Below, in pieces: positions 20,844 through 31,191 of a stretch of 59,820 nucleotides of DNA. The position numbers and the translations under genes were made by a program. Below the pieces are notes generated by a model. It was not told where the DNA came from and did no database searches. It saw only the letters and a program-made list of their open reading frames with translations. The DNA comes from Flavobacterium sp. (lineage in GTDB: Bacteria > Bacteroidota > Bacteroidia > Flavobacteriales > Flavobacteriaceae), in assembly GCA_024644805.1 (NCBI GenBank), contig JAHEHC010000001.1, positions 1 through 59,820 on the forward strand, written 5' to 3'. Position 1 is the stretch's first letter; each line of letters starts with the position of its first letter.

Positions 20844-22279
20844 GTAAGAAAAAGCACATAGACCAGCTTTTCAAAGAGCGCTTCAATGATTTTGAAGCGA
20901 CTCCTTCTCCTCAGGTTTGGAATAATATACAAGCCAAACTAAAGAAAGAGGATGAAGATAGAAAAGTGATACCACTCTGGTTCAAACTGGGAGGTGTTGC
21001 GGCTATACTTGCCTTATTGTTCATAGTAGGCAATCTGGTATTTAATCCTTCCGATAGTATCGATCAGGATATTACCGATCAGGAAATAGACCAAACAGAA
21101 AGTGAGATCAAAAAAGACAATTCTATTGAGGAAACCTTCGTAGAGCCCGATGAGATAGCAAATGAAGAAATTATTCCAGTTCCTGAAGGCGATGATGAGA
21201 AATCCACAACGAACAATTTGAATAATTCAGTCAAAAAACAGACTTCGATATTAAAAGACAAAAACGATATCGCTGTTGAGGCCAAGAAAGATATCAAAGG
21301 AGACATCAAAGGAGACATCGCTAAGAACAATTCAGACAAAACTGATAAAACTATTGGAGAACCAAAAAACGATACCGAATCTCTTATCAAAAAGGAGGTG
21401 CCCATTACTGAGATCGAAAATACCGAAGTGGTAACCACACCCGATGATGAAGTTGAAAAGGTCGAAGACGAGATAGACGATAAGAAACGATCCATATTCG
21501 ATGCTATCGATGAGGAAAAGGAAAATGAAGCGGTAGTTACAGTAAATGTTGAACCGGACCATCGATGGGAAGTAGCCCCCAACTTTGCACCGGTATATTA
21601 TAATACCCTTGGGGATGGATCATCTATCGACCCAACCTTCTCAGACAATGCCAAGACCGGTGATGTGAATTTTAGTTATGGAGTCCAGGTGGCCTATATC
21701 TTCACCGATCGATTGAGTCTTAGATCCGGGATCAGCAAGGTCGATCTGAGTTATTCTACTCAAGGTATCGAGCTGGGAACCGGACCCGTTTCAGCAGCAC
21801 TGAAAAGTGTTGATTATGGAGGTAAAGCAATTGTGCTCACAGCTTTGGATAAAGGGACATTGGCCAATCAGGATAATAATGGTGAGTATGGACAGATCAT
21901 ACCAAAATCGACATCAGAAGATGCGGTGATCAATCAGAAGTTGAATTATTTTGAAGTTCCCATGGAATTAAAATATGCGCTGATCAATAATAAATTTGGC
22001 GTTAATCTGATCGGAGGTTTCAGCACCTTGTTTTTAGGCAATAATGAGATTTCTGTTTCGGCAGGAGATTTTGAGAGCGTGCTGGGTGAGGCCAACAATC
22101 TATCTACTGTAAGCTTTACAACCAATGTTGGTGTTGGCTTAAAGTATTCATTTTCGGAAAAATTAATGTTTAATATTGAGCCTATTTTTAAGTATCAACT
22201 CAACCCGTATACAGACTCGTCTGTAGACTTTAGTCCCTATTATTTTGGGGTCTATACCGGATTGAGTTTAAAATTTTAG
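20840..22279 (+). CDS. putative anti-sigma factor fused to outer-membrane beta-barrel domain
   Basis: N-terminal IDQLFKE..PSPQVWNNI, one TM helix, acidic low-complexity linker, C-terminal amphipathic strands ending in Phe; overlaps sigma stop. Confidence 0.7.
   Translation: MSKKKHIDQLFKERFNDFEATPSPQVWNNIQAKLKKEDEDRKVIPLWFKLGGVAAILALLFIVGNLVFNPSDSIDQDITDQEIDQTESEIKKDNSIEETFVEPDEIANEEIIPVPEGDDEKSTTNNLNNSVKKQTSILKDKNDIAVEAKKDIKGDIKGDIAKNNSDKTDKTIGEPKNDTESLIKKEVPITEIENTEVVTTPDDEVEKVEDEIDDKKRSIFDAIDEEKENEAVVTVNVEPDHRWEVAPNFAPVYYNTLGDGSSIDPTFSDNAKTGDVNFSYGVQVAYIFTDRLSLRSGISKVDLSYSTQGIELGTGPVSAALKSVDYGGKAIVLTALDKGTLANQDNNGEYGQIIPKSTSEDAVINQKLNYFEVPMELKYALINNKFGVNLIGGFSTLFLGNNEISVSAGDFESVLGEANNLSTVSFTTNVGVGLKYSFSEKLMFNIEPIFKYQLNPYTDSSVDFSPYYFGVYTGLSLKF
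21293..21319 (+). repeat. 12-bp in-frame tandem duplication (ATCAAAGGAGAC x2.25)
   Basis: Encodes DIKGDIKGDI in the linker. Confidence 0.8.
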
Positions 22280-22323
22280 TTTAGGTTAAGTTGGTTAAGT
22301 TTGGGGATACTCGAACTTCAATT

Positions 22324-22368
22324 AAAAAAGAAACCGTTCTAACGCCATAGAGCGGTTTTTTTTCTTTT
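22324..22368. terminator. bidirectional rho-independent terminator
   Basis: AAACCGTTCTA / TAGAGCGGTTT stem with A- and T-tracts between convergent genes. Confidence 0.8.
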
Positions 22369-22372
22369 GATA

Positions 22373-23113
22373 TTAAAGCGACGGTGCCTTGAGCTCTTCT
22401 AAAATTATCGCCCTGGCTGTTTCATTCAATTCCTTTTTATCATCTAAGCTTAGCTCTTTTGTGGGCAACAGGTCATGGACCATCACCCTCATGGTTCCCG
22501 GCCCACCACTAAAGAAGGTATAGGAAAATCTTTTTTTGTTATCGTGAAATGTCATGGGTGCAATGGGGATCTTATGTTCAATTGCCAGCCTGAAAGCACC
22601 ATCTTTAAAACTATCCAATACCACACTTTCATCACTTGGAACCCCTCCTTCTGGAAAGATACAAACACTCCATCCCAGATTCAGTTTCTTTTGAGCACTT
22701 TCAAAGACGTCCCTGCGACTCTTGGCGTTTTTTCTATCCACCAAGATACAGGTTCGCTTATAGAAAAATCCGAATAAGGGTATCTTTCCCAGTTCCTTCT
22801 TTCCTACAAAAACAAAAGGGTTCTTGACCACCACAAGCATCAGCATGATATCGGTCATTGAAGTGTGATTGGCTATGAACATATAACTTTGGCCCTTTTC
22901 ATAGGCTACATTTCTTTTAATTACCGGAACGAATCCCATCCCATAAAGAATGAATTTTGACCATCCTCTGGCCATTTTGAAGAAAAATGGGTACCACTGT
23001 TCCTTTAGAATACTGACGACAAGGATCGGAAAAAGGGCAAGGATATAAATAAAGATCAGAAAATAGAACCATATACGGTAAAAGAGTATCGCTATATTTC
23101 TTATAATTCCCAT
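22373..23113 (-). CDS. plsC: 1-acyl-sn-glycerol-3-phosphate acyltransferase
   Basis: NHTSMTD (HX4D), IFPEG; start 23113 or 23140. Confidence 0.85.
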   Translation of the reverse strand: MGIIRNIAILFYRIWFYFLIFIYILALFPILVVSILKEQWYPFFFKMARGWSKFILYGMGFVPVIKRNVAYEKGQSYMFIANHTSMTDIMLMLVVVKNPFVFVGKKELGKIPLFGFFYKRTCILVDRKNAKSRRDVFESAQKKLNLGWSVCIFPEGGVPSDESVVLDSFKDGAFRLAIEHKIPIAPMTFHDNKKRFSYTFFSGGPGTMRVMVHDLLPTKELSLDDKKELNETARAIILEELKAPSL

Positions 23114-23188
23114 TGCCAAACCAAAAATAGCAAAATGCATATTACCAATGACTGAAAAAAATTACCTTTGTGAAAACTCAAATGATCA

Positions 23189-24157
23189 ATGCCCAGAATA
23201 CTCACAGGAATTCAAAGTACAGGAACTCCACATCTTGGTAATATTCTTGGTGCTATAGTACCCGCTATAGCCATGTCCAATGAAACAACTAATGAATCTT
23301 TTCTGTTCATTGCGGACATGCATTCCTTGACCCAGATAAAAGATCCGGAATTATTGAAAAGCAACACCTATAGCACTGCTGCTGCTTGGCTTGCTTTCGG
23401 ATTGGATGTTGATAGAACCGTTTTTTACAGACAGAGTGATATCCCTCAAGTTACCGAACTGACCTGGTACCTAAGCTGCTTTTTTCCTTATCAACGCCTA
23501 ACATTGGCACACTCATTCAAAGATAAGGCCGACCGATTGGAAGATGTAAATTCTGGGTTGTTCACCTATCCGATGCTCATGGCGGCAGACATTCTTTTGT
23601 ATGATGCCAATATCGTTCCTGTTGGAAAAGATCAGTTGCAACACCTTGAAATGACCCGAGATGTAGCATCGCGATTCCATGCTAAGATGAGAGAAGTATT
23701 TGTTCTGCCTGAGGCTAAGGTTCAGGAGGACACCATGTTGATACCGGGAACCGATGGTGAGAAAATGAGCAAGTCCAAGAATAATATCATCGATATTTTC
23801 TTGCCCGATAAGGCCTTGAGAAAACAGATCATGAGCATCCAGACCGACAGTACTCCTCTGGAGGACCCTAAGGATCCTGAAACCTGTAACGTGTTCGCGC
23901 TATATCGATTATTGGCCCCAGCAGATAAGATCAATGAAATGAGAGAAAAATATCTAGCTGGTGGATATGGATTTGGCCATGCGAAGCAAGAGCTCTTTGA
24001 ACTCATCGTTGACCAGTTTTCAGATCAACGTTCCAAATACAATTATTTCATTCAGCATTTAAACGAGGTTGATGAAGCTCTGGAATTTGGAGCATCAAAG
24101 GCCAGAGTTATAGCAAATGATGTCCTTCAACGCGTTCGAAATGTATTGGGTTATTAG
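23189..24157 (+). CDS. trpS: tryptophan--tRNA ligase
   Basis: HLGN, YPMLMAADIL, VPVGKDQ, KMSKS; TACCTTTG promoter element at 23163-70. Confidence 0.97.
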   Translation: MPRILTGIQSTGTPHLGNILGAIVPAIAMSNETTNESFLFIADMHSLTQIKDPELLKSNTYSTAAAWLAFGLDVDRTVFYRQSDIPQVTELTWYLSCFFPYQRLTLAHSFKDKADRLEDVNSGLFTYPMLMAADILLYDANIVPVGKDQLQHLEMTRDVASRFHAKMREVFVLPEAKVQEDTMLIPGTDGEKMSKSKNNIIDIFLPDKALRKQIMSIQTDSTPLEDPKDPETCNVFALYRLLAPADKINEMREKYLAGGYGFGHAKQELFELIVDQFSDQRSKYNYFIQHLNEVDEALEFGASKARVIANDVLQRVRNVLGY

Positions 24158-25263
24158 ATACATTCATACATCTTTCCGGGTAGTGGTCTTATCAGGCCTT
24201 TAAGTTCCAAATTGAATAATAGGCTAACCGTTCTTGATATACTGAAATCAGAGAGTAAAGCGATGTTGTCCAGGGTATCTTTTCTTTCCTTCTTAAGATG
24301 GTTATAAATTTTTTCCTCATCCTTATTGAGATCGACAAACAGTTCGGTTTGTTTCGTTGATTTTTCTATTGGTGTGTCTAAATCCCAATTCAACATATAG
24401 ATGATATCGGCAGCCTGAGTGATCAATTGAGCCTGTTGGGTCTTTATCAAATGATTACACCCTGAGCTAAAAGGATCATTGCACCTCCCAGAAAGGGCAA
24501 ACACGTCTCTATTGTAGGAGTTGGCAATATCGGCTGTGACCAAACTCCCGCCTTTCATTCCTGACTCCACAATTACCGTCCCCTGAGACATCCCCGCAAT
24601 GATCCGATTCCGTTTGAGAAAATTATTTCTATCAAACGGATCACTGCTCCAAAATTCGGTTAGTAATCCGCCATTCTCCTGTATACTCTGAACATACTTT
24701 TGATGTGGTCTGGGATAGATCGTATTTAATCCATGGGCTAAACAAACGATCGTTTGCAATCCATTTTTAATAGCTGTTCTGTGGGCTACAATATCTATTC
24801 CATAGGCAAAGCCGGACACGATCACCGGATCGAGCGGTGCCAGTTCCTCAACAAGTTGTTCACAGATGGATCTGCCATAGGGAGTGGCATTGCGGGTTCC
24901 AACGATACTAATGATGTGTTTGTTGTTGAGTTTAACCGTTCCCTTGCTGAACAACAATATAGGACCGTCATTACAGTGTTTAAGATGTAAGGGATAATCA
25001 TGGTCTTGATAATAAAGCCAGGAAATCTGATTCTTGTTGATGAAATCAAGTTCTTCGTCAGCATCTTTCAATTGAATTTTCTCATCGAGGTCTTTCAGCC
25101 TATAGGAACCTATGCCATCGATCTTCAGAAGATTACTTCTATGTTCCTTAAATACACCTTCCGCCGAGCCCACTGTTTGGATCAATTTTTTTGCTGAAGT
25201 AACACCAATATTAGGTATTCGTTGCAATGCAAGGGTATACCTTAATTCATTCAAGGTTAACAT
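24154..25263 (-). CDS. dprA: DNA-processing protein DprA
   Basis: IVGTR, VSGFAYGIDI, FLKRNRIIAG, GGSLVTA; C-terminal winged helix. Confidence 0.95.
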   Translation of the reverse strand: MLTLNELRYTLALQRIPNIGVTSAKKLIQTVGSAEGVFKEHRSNLLKIDGIGSYRLKDLDEKIQLKDADEELDFINKNQISWLYYQDHDYPLHLKHCNDGPILLFSKGTVKLNNKHIISIVGTRNATPYGRSICEQLVEELAPLDPVIVSGFAYGIDIVAHRTAIKNGLQTIVCLAHGLNTIYPRPHQKYVQSIQENGGLLTEFWSSDPFDRNNFLKRNRIIAGMSQGTVIVESGMKGGSLVTADIANSYNRDVFALSGRCNDPFSSGCNHLIKTQQAQLITQAADIIYMLNWDLDTPIEKSTKQTELFVDLNKDEEKIYNHLKKERKDTLDNIALLSDFSISRTVSLLFNLELKGLIRPLPGKMYECI

Positions 25264-25380
25264 GCTAAAATATCAAGCGGGGAGTATCTAAAGAAGCATT
25301 AAAAATACAATATTTTAACTTGTTAATAAATAACCAATAGCCTTAGAATATATTTTTTAAAATTAGGTATATTTGTTTCT

Positions 25381-26322
25381 GTGCAACTCTCCCGATATAT
25401 AAAGGATCTGTTATACCGATACGAATGTGTGATCGTACCGGGATTCGGTGCATTTCTGACCCGCTATCAATCTGCCAGGATAGATGAAGAAACCCAAACA
25501 TTCTACCCGCCCGGAAAAACACTTTCGTTCAACAGACAATTGCAAACCAATGATGGAATATTGGCCAACTATGTGGCCTCCAACGAGAATTGCAGCTATG
25601 AAACGGCTTTGCAGAAGATCCGAAAGATGACCACTGCTCTTTCATCTAAATTATTGAAAGGAGAGACCATTTTATTGAACCAGATCGGAGAGATCTTTAT
25701 GAATGATGAGCAATCTGTTCAATTCATTCCTTCGGAAATAATCAACTTCAACACCAATTCATTTGGATTGACTCCATTTGTTTCACCGCTCATTGTTCGT
25801 GAAAGCAAAGAAGAGAAGGTGATCGGTCTAAAAGAGAGATCGCCGGTATTGGTTGCTGCTGAAAGAAGTCGTACTTACAAGTATTTAAAGTATGCAGCCA
25901 TTGCTGTGATCGCTGTGTCCTTATCGGGATTGGGAGGTATGAAACTATATGAGAACAGTGTTCAGAACCATAACTATGTCGAGAAGCAAAGAGCCAATTC
26001 TTTGATCGAGAATCAGATTCAGGAAGCTACCTTTGTTGTCGACAATCCACTCCCTACCATTAATCTTACTGTAAAAAGATCGATTGGTAAATACCATGTT
26101 ATTGCCGGAGCATTCAGGATCGAATCGAATGCCCATAAAAAAATATCCCAGCTCAAAGAAAAGGGATATGAGGCTATGATGATTGGGGTTAATAAATACG
26201 GATTGCATCAGGTGGCCTATAGTAGTTACGAAGACCGAAATGAAGCCAATAAGGCATTGAGACAGATAAAGAGAACGGACAATTCGGATGCTTGGTTATT
26301 GGTTCAACAAATTGAAGAATAG
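25381..26322 (+). CDS. HU-like N-terminal + SPOR domain membrane protein
   Basis: LLYRYECVIVPGFGAF N-domain, TM helix, YHVIAGAFR..NA SPOR; TATATTTG at 25368-75. Confidence 0.85.
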   Translation: MQLSRYIKDLLYRYECVIVPGFGAFLTRYQSARIDEETQTFYPPGKTLSFNRQLQTNDGILANYVASNENCSYETALQKIRKMTTALSSKLLKGETILLNQIGEIFMNDEQSVQFIPSEIINFNTNSFGLTPFVSPLIVRESKEEKVIGLKERSPVLVAAERSRTYKYLKYAAIAVIAVSLSGLGGMKLYENSVQNHNYVEKQRANSLIENQIQEATFVVDNPLPTINLTVKRSIGKYHVIAGAFRIESNAHKKISQLKEKGYEAMMIGVNKYGLHQVAYSSYEDRNEANKALRQIKRTDNSDAWLLVQQIEE

Positions 26323-26373
26323 TCATTAGACGAACGTCATTCTCGCGTCCTTTCATCTATATAAAGTTCATTT

Positions 26374-26889
26374 ATGAATCCTAAAACTCCTTCACAATCT
26401 CTTGCGATTTTAACCGATATTGTACTTCCCAGTGAAACCAATCCTATCGGAAATATGTTTGGTGGAGAATTATTGGCCCGAATGGATAGGGCGGCCAGTA
26501 TCTCGGCTCGCCGACACAGTATGCGGATCGTTGCAACGGTATCTGTGAATCATGTGGACTTCAATAAGATGATACCCTTAGGTAGTGTCGTCACTATTGA
26601 GGCCAAAGTGTCCAGAGCATTTAAAAGCTCGATGGAGATCTATCTGGATGTTTGGATCGAAGACCGTGAAAGTGGGGTCAGAAGTAAATCGAACGAAGCC
26701 ATCTATACTTTTGTAGCTGTTGATGAGACCGGCAGACCAGTTTCTGTTCCTGAACTCGTGCCGGAGACCAAACTTGAAAAACTTCGATTTGAAGGAGCTC
26801 TTAGAAGGAAACAGTTAAGCCTGGTACTTGCCGGAAAAATGAAGCCAGGTGAGGCCTCTGAACTGAAAGCTTTGTTTATAGAAGATTGA
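26374..26889 (+). CDS. acyl-CoA thioesterase (hotdog fold)
   Basis: NPIGNMFGGELLARMD, YTFVAVD. Confidence 0.9.
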   Translation: MNPKTPSQSLAILTDIVLPSETNPIGNMFGGELLARMDRAASISARRHSMRIVATVSVNHVDFNKMIPLGSVVTIEAKVSRAFKSSMEIYLDVWIEDRESGVRSKSNEAIYTFVAVDETGRPVSVPELVPETKLEKLRFEGALRRKQLSLVLAGKMKPGEASELKALFIED

Positions 26890-26929
26890 TCTAAATCTTA
26901 AACTTCCAAATTTTTCAAATACTTTCTGA

Positions 26930-26943
26930 GTAACTTATGTTAC
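26930..26943. promoter_or_regulatory. operator 1 GTAAC-TTAT-GTTAC
   Basis: Palindrome 22 bp upstream of TATTTTTG (26966-73). Confidence 0.75.
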
Positions 26944-26983
26944 AAGCATTAAATTTGTCTCTGATTATTTTTGAAAAAAATCT

Positions 26984-27379
26984 ATGATCGGAAAAGGAAC
27001 AAAATTGTATAGTATCCTTAGGATGAAATGTCCAAGATGTCATAAGGGATCCTTCTTTAAGAGTCATCCTTATGACTTTTCAAAAATGGGAGAGGTTAAA
27101 GAGGAATGTTCTGAATGCAAATTGAGATATTCTCTGGAACCCAGTTTCTATCAAGGATCCTATTATGTGGCCTATGCTTTGGGAGTGGCTTTATTCATTA
27201 CGGTGTGGGTATTGAAATTAGTGTTTTTCCCGAACCTTGGTCCAGGAGGCCTTTTGATCACCATACTCGTGTCCCTATTCCTATTCTCTCCTATATTATA
27301 TGCTCTATCGAAAATCATCTGGATCAATTTTTTCATCAAGTATAAAAAGGATGCAATTAAGTCCGTACAAGAAGAATGA
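26984..27379 (+). CDS. DUF983-like zinc-ribbon membrane protein
   Basis: CPRC...CSEC, EPSFYQGSYYV, two TM helices. Confidence 0.8.
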   Translation: MIGKGTKLYSILRMKCPRCHKGSFFKSHPYDFSKMGEVKEECSECKLRYSLEPSFYQGSYYVAYALGVALFITVWVLKLVFFPNLGPGGLLITILVSLFLFSPILYALSKIIWINFFIKYKKDAIKSVQEE

Positions 27380-27484
27380 TAATTAATTGATCCTTGATCG
27401 TATAGTTAATCCCTGATTATTATGCAGTTTGATATTTCGTGATTATCTTTGGGTTTCTAAAAAATTAAATAAAAAATTGACGTC

Positions 27485-30400
27485 ATGAAAGAAAATTCTA
27501 CTCGACCTAATTCCAAATCATTTATCCTTTTTTTATTCACCGTGGTACTGGCCTTTTCAATGGCCTTTGCTCAAGATCCTTATCTGATACAATTTCAGGA
27601 TGAATGGATCGAAATTCAGGAGAATATCGACACCTTCGAATGGGGTCAGATGCCAGAGAACTCCGAACTTGAAAATGGATATATTGGATGGATCCAATTC
27701 TATGAGACACCCAATCAGATCATTCAGGATCGATTCAAATCCAACGAGCTGGATCTGATCGAATATATTTCCAACCATACCTACCTGTTTTATTTTCCTG
27801 CTGCCACTTCAGTAGATTTTTTAAAGGATAACGGGGTTAGAGCTATCATTCCGGTAGAAGGACGATTTAAAGTATCTAATGAATTGAACAACCCTCCTTA
27901 TGAAAGTTGGGCCATGGACGGGAATAACATCCTGGTAACCCTTCAACATCATGACTATGTAAGTACCGATTTTGTTATCAATGAGTTGGCTCAAAGGCAA
28001 ATTGCTGTTTGGCAACAATACAAAGGATCAAATAATATAGACCTTTCAATCCCCGATAATTGTTTAGAGGACCTAGCAAACCTTCCCTATGTAAAGTGGG
28101 TCGAATTAATTGTTGCCCCATCCATTCCGGATGATCTACGAGGCAGAAGTCTTCACAGAGCCAGCGCTCTGGACACGCAAACAGGAGCCGGAAGAAATTA
28201 CACAGGAGTCGGTGTAGGAGTTATGGTCAGGGATGATGGAATCGTTGGACCGCATATCGATTTTCAGGGAAGAATAGATAATTCCCAAGCTTCAGGAAGT
28301 GGTCAAAGTCATGGCGATGGTGTTGGTGGTATCATGGCTGGAGCTGGAAATTTAGATCCTTTAATGAGGGGAATGGCTGCCGGTTCTGATGTCTATGTGG
28401 TAAATTATGTGGCTACCTTTTTGGATCCTGCTACGGTGAACTACATCAATAGTGAAACGGTACAAATAACAAACTCCTCTTACAGTAACGGATGTAATGC
28501 TGGATATACCAGTATCACACAAACTGTCGACACACAAACCAATTCGTTGCCCAATCTTTTGCATGTGTTCTCAGCAGGGAATTCCAATAACAATGATTGT
28601 GGATATGGTGCCGGTAGCCAATGGGGAAATATAACCGGAGGGCATAAACAAGGAAAAAATGTGATCGCTACGGCAAATGTCTTCTTTAATGGTAACCTGG
28701 TGAATTCAAGCAGTCGTGGCCCTGCACATGATGGTAGGATCAAACCGGATATAGCAGCCAATGGCCAAAATCAAAACTCCACTAACGAAAACAACACCTA
28801 TCAAAGTTTTGGTGGTACTTCCGGTGCTGCTCCTGGCATTGCAGGAATTGCCGCACAATTATATCAGATATATGCAGAAAACAATGGTGGTGATCTGCCT
28901 CCTTCCCCATTAATTAAAGCAACCCTATTGAATACTGCAAATGATTATGGAAATGTAGGTCCTGACTTTAAATTTGGATGGGGAATTGTCAATGCTTTAA
29001 GAGCTGGAATTCTTATTGAAGATGGACGATATCTTTCGGATGATGTGTCTCAAGGGAATTCCAACACACACAATATCAATGTGCCTGCAGGAACTGCACA
29101 AGTTCGATTTATGGTGTACTGGAGCGATCCGGCTGCATCACCAGGATCCAGTCCTGCATTGGTGAACGATCTTGACCTATTGGTCACGGATCCTTCTTCT
29201 GGTGTACATGAACCCTGGGTATTGGATCATACTCCCGACCCGGTGGCACTCAACACACCCGCTACACAAGGTCCTGACCATTTAAACAATATGGAACAGG
29301 TGCTGATCAATGATCCGGATGCAGGGAATTATGAAATAGAGATCACAGGATTCGACGTTCCTATGGGGCCTCAGGAATACTTTGTGGTATATGAGATCAT
29401 TGAAGAGGAACTAACTCTGACCTATCCAAATTCTGGGGAACATCTTGTTCCTGGAGAATCTCCTGTCATTCATTGGGATGCCATCAATACCACAGAGGAC
29501 TTCTTGCTGGAATATTCCACAGATAACGGAAGTAATTGGAATACCATTACAACCGTCAATGCAGGTACTTATTTGTATTCCTGGAACGTACCAAACAGCG
29601 TTACAGGGGAAGCCTTAGTTCGGGTAACCAGTGGAAGTTTTTCAGACACTAGCGATGGAACTTTCTCCATTGCCGAACTGGCTACCAATGTCGATGTGTC
29701 TCAGATATGCCCGGATGAGGCTACTTTTGCATGGGATCCAGTTACCGATGCCGAGTCCTACGATTTTTACATTCTGGGAGATACCTATATGGATGTTGAG
29801 GGCACGACAAGCGGAACATCGATTTCCCTCCCAATTTCAGATCCAAATGATGAGATCTGGTTTGCAGTTGTTGCAAAAAATGATACCGAGGGATGGGAGA
29901 GTCGAAGAACTATTGCTGAATATCATCCAGGTGGATTGGTAAATTGTTCACTTGCTGATGATCTTTCGTTAGAGTCTATCAATAATACCGAAAGTGATTT
30001 CAATACGGTGTGTAATAGCGGCGATCCGGTTGTTGTTTCAGTTACTATTCGTAATACTGGAATAAATAGCCAAAGTAATTTTATGGTGTCCTATCAATTG
30101 GATAGTGATCCTGTTGTTGAAGAGATGTATACGGGAACTATAAATTCCGGGCAACAGGACATATTCGAGTTTGCAACTACTCTTGAGATCACCGATCCCG
30201 GTTCTTATACCTTGACAGCAAGAGTCGATCTGGCAGGAGATCTGAACTCGAGTAATGACGAAGACACTCTCGATTTCTATGCGGTCACTGAGGCAGCCTC
30301 TTTGGATTTTTCAGAAGATTTTGAAACCAATGGATTTCCGCCTCCAGGATGGATTATATTGAATCCCGACAATGACACTACCTGGGAAGAAAGAAGTGGA

Positions 30401-31099
30401 ATAACCGGTAGTGATGGAAATAGCACAGTAACTTCATATATAGACAACTACACCTATAATGCACAGGGAGAAGAAGATAGTATACAAACATTGATATTTG
30501 ACCTTACAAATGCTGTTGTACCAACGTTAACCTTCGATCTTGCTAAGGCCCAGTATTCAACGTCTTTCTCTGATGCATTAAGGGTTGATGCCTCAATCGA
30601 TTGTGGGGCAAGTTACGTGACCATTTATGAAAAGGATGGACTTGATCTTTCAACAGTACCCGGGTATATCACATCGAATTGGACTCCTAATGCCGCTGGC
30701 GACTGGAGGACTGAAGAGATTGATCTGGTTCCTTTTGAAGGTGAGAATGTGATCTTTCATTTCGTAAACATTAACGGATATGGAAATAGCACATTGATAG
30801 ACAACATCAATGTGTTTGCTGAAGATCTTGGTGTTGATGATTTCAATGAAGGGGCCGTTGCAATCTATCCCAACCCAACATCTGAGTATGTGCATATCGC
30901 CATCAATTCCGATCTGTCAGGATTGCTAAATGTTAAACTGACCAACAGTTTGGGACAGTCTCTCTATGTTTCGGATGGAAACGAATATCAGGATGGTTCT
31001 GAAATGACTCTGAATGTCTCCGATCTTTCCACTGGTTTGTATTTTATCACTATACAGATCGATGATCGTACCGTGACCAAAAAACTGGTCATTCAGTAA
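27485..31099 (+). CDS. S8 subtilisin-like serine peptidase with CARDB-like domain and T9SS C-terminal sorting domain
   Basis: D (RDDG), H (SHG), S (GGTSGAAP) triad; SSRGP..DGRIKPD; IYPNP...GLYFI...KKLVIQ; TATCTTTG at 27444-51. Confidence 0.92.
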   Translation: MKENSTRPNSKSFILFLFTVVLAFSMAFAQDPYLIQFQDEWIEIQENIDTFEWGQMPENSELENGYIGWIQFYETPNQIIQDRFKSNELDLIEYISNHTYLFYFPAATSVDFLKDNGVRAIIPVEGRFKVSNELNNPPYESWAMDGNNILVTLQHHDYVSTDFVINELAQRQIAVWQQYKGSNNIDLSIPDNCLEDLANLPYVKWVELIVAPSIPDDLRGRSLHRASALDTQTGAGRNYTGVGVGVMVRDDGIVGPHIDFQGRIDNSQASGSGQSHGDGVGGIMAGAGNLDPLMRGMAAGSDVYVVNYVATFLDPATVNYINSETVQITNSSYSNGCNAGYTSITQTVDTQTNSLPNLLHVFSAGNSNNNDCGYGAGSQWGNITGGHKQGKNVIATANVFFNGNLVNSSSRGPAHDGRIKPDIAANGQNQNSTNENNTYQSFGGTSGAAPGIAGIAAQLYQIYAENNGGDLPPSPLIKATLLNTANDYGNVGPDFKFGWGIVNALRAGILIEDGRYLSDDVSQGNSNTHNINVPAGTAQVRFMVYWSDPAASPGSSPALVNDLDLLVTDPSSGVHEPWVLDHTPDPVALNTPATQGPDHLNNMEQVLINDPDAGNYEIEITGFDVPMGPQEYFVVYEIIEEELTLTYPNSGEHLVPGESPVIHWDAINTTEDFLLEYSTDNGSNWNTITTVNAGTYLYSWNVPNSVTGEALVRVTSGSFSDTSDGTFSIAELATNVDVSQICPDEATFAWDPVTDAESYDFYILGDTYMDVEGTTSGTSISLPISDPNDEIWFAVVAKNDTEGWESRRTIAEYHPGGLVNCSLADDLSLESINNTESDFNTVCNSGDPVVVSVTIRNTGINSQSNFMVSYQLDSDPVVEEMYTGTINSGQQDIFEFATTLEITDPGSYTLTARVDLAGDLNSSNDEDTLDFYAVTEAASLDFSEDFETNGFPPPGWIILNPDNDTTWEERSGITGSDGNSTVTSYIDNYTYNAQGEEDSIQTLIFDLTNAVVPTLTFDLAKAQYSTSFSDALRVDASIDCGASYVTIYEKDGLDLSTVPGYITSNWTPNAAGDWRTEEIDLVPFEGENVIFHFVNINGYGNSTLIDNINVFAEDLGVDDFNEGAVAIYPNPTSEYVHIAINSDLSGLLNVKLTNSLGQSLYVSDGNEYQDGSEMTLNVSDLSTGLYFITIQIDDRTVTKKLVIQ

Positions 31100-31123
31100 A
31101 AACAAATCCAGATAAAATTTGAT

Positions 31124-31155
31124 AAATAGCTGTTCTTCGGAACAGCTATTTTTTT
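31124..31155 (+). terminator. rho-independent terminator with cUUCGg tetraloop
   Basis: AAATAGCTGTTC-TTCG-GAACAGCTATTT plus T-run. Confidence 0.9.
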
Positions 31156-31191
31156 AAGACAATTTCAAATAAAAGATTGTAACTTCACCAC

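Noticed and set aside
21079-21582. 167-aa Ser-rich antisense ORF (and similar shadow ORFs, e.g. 52988-53479, 34595-34993)
   Set aside because: Overlap well-supported genes; mirror of biased coding sequence, no motifs
17768-25263. ricT, recA and dprA as a competence cluster
   Set aside because: Different strands and transcription units separated by housekeeping genes
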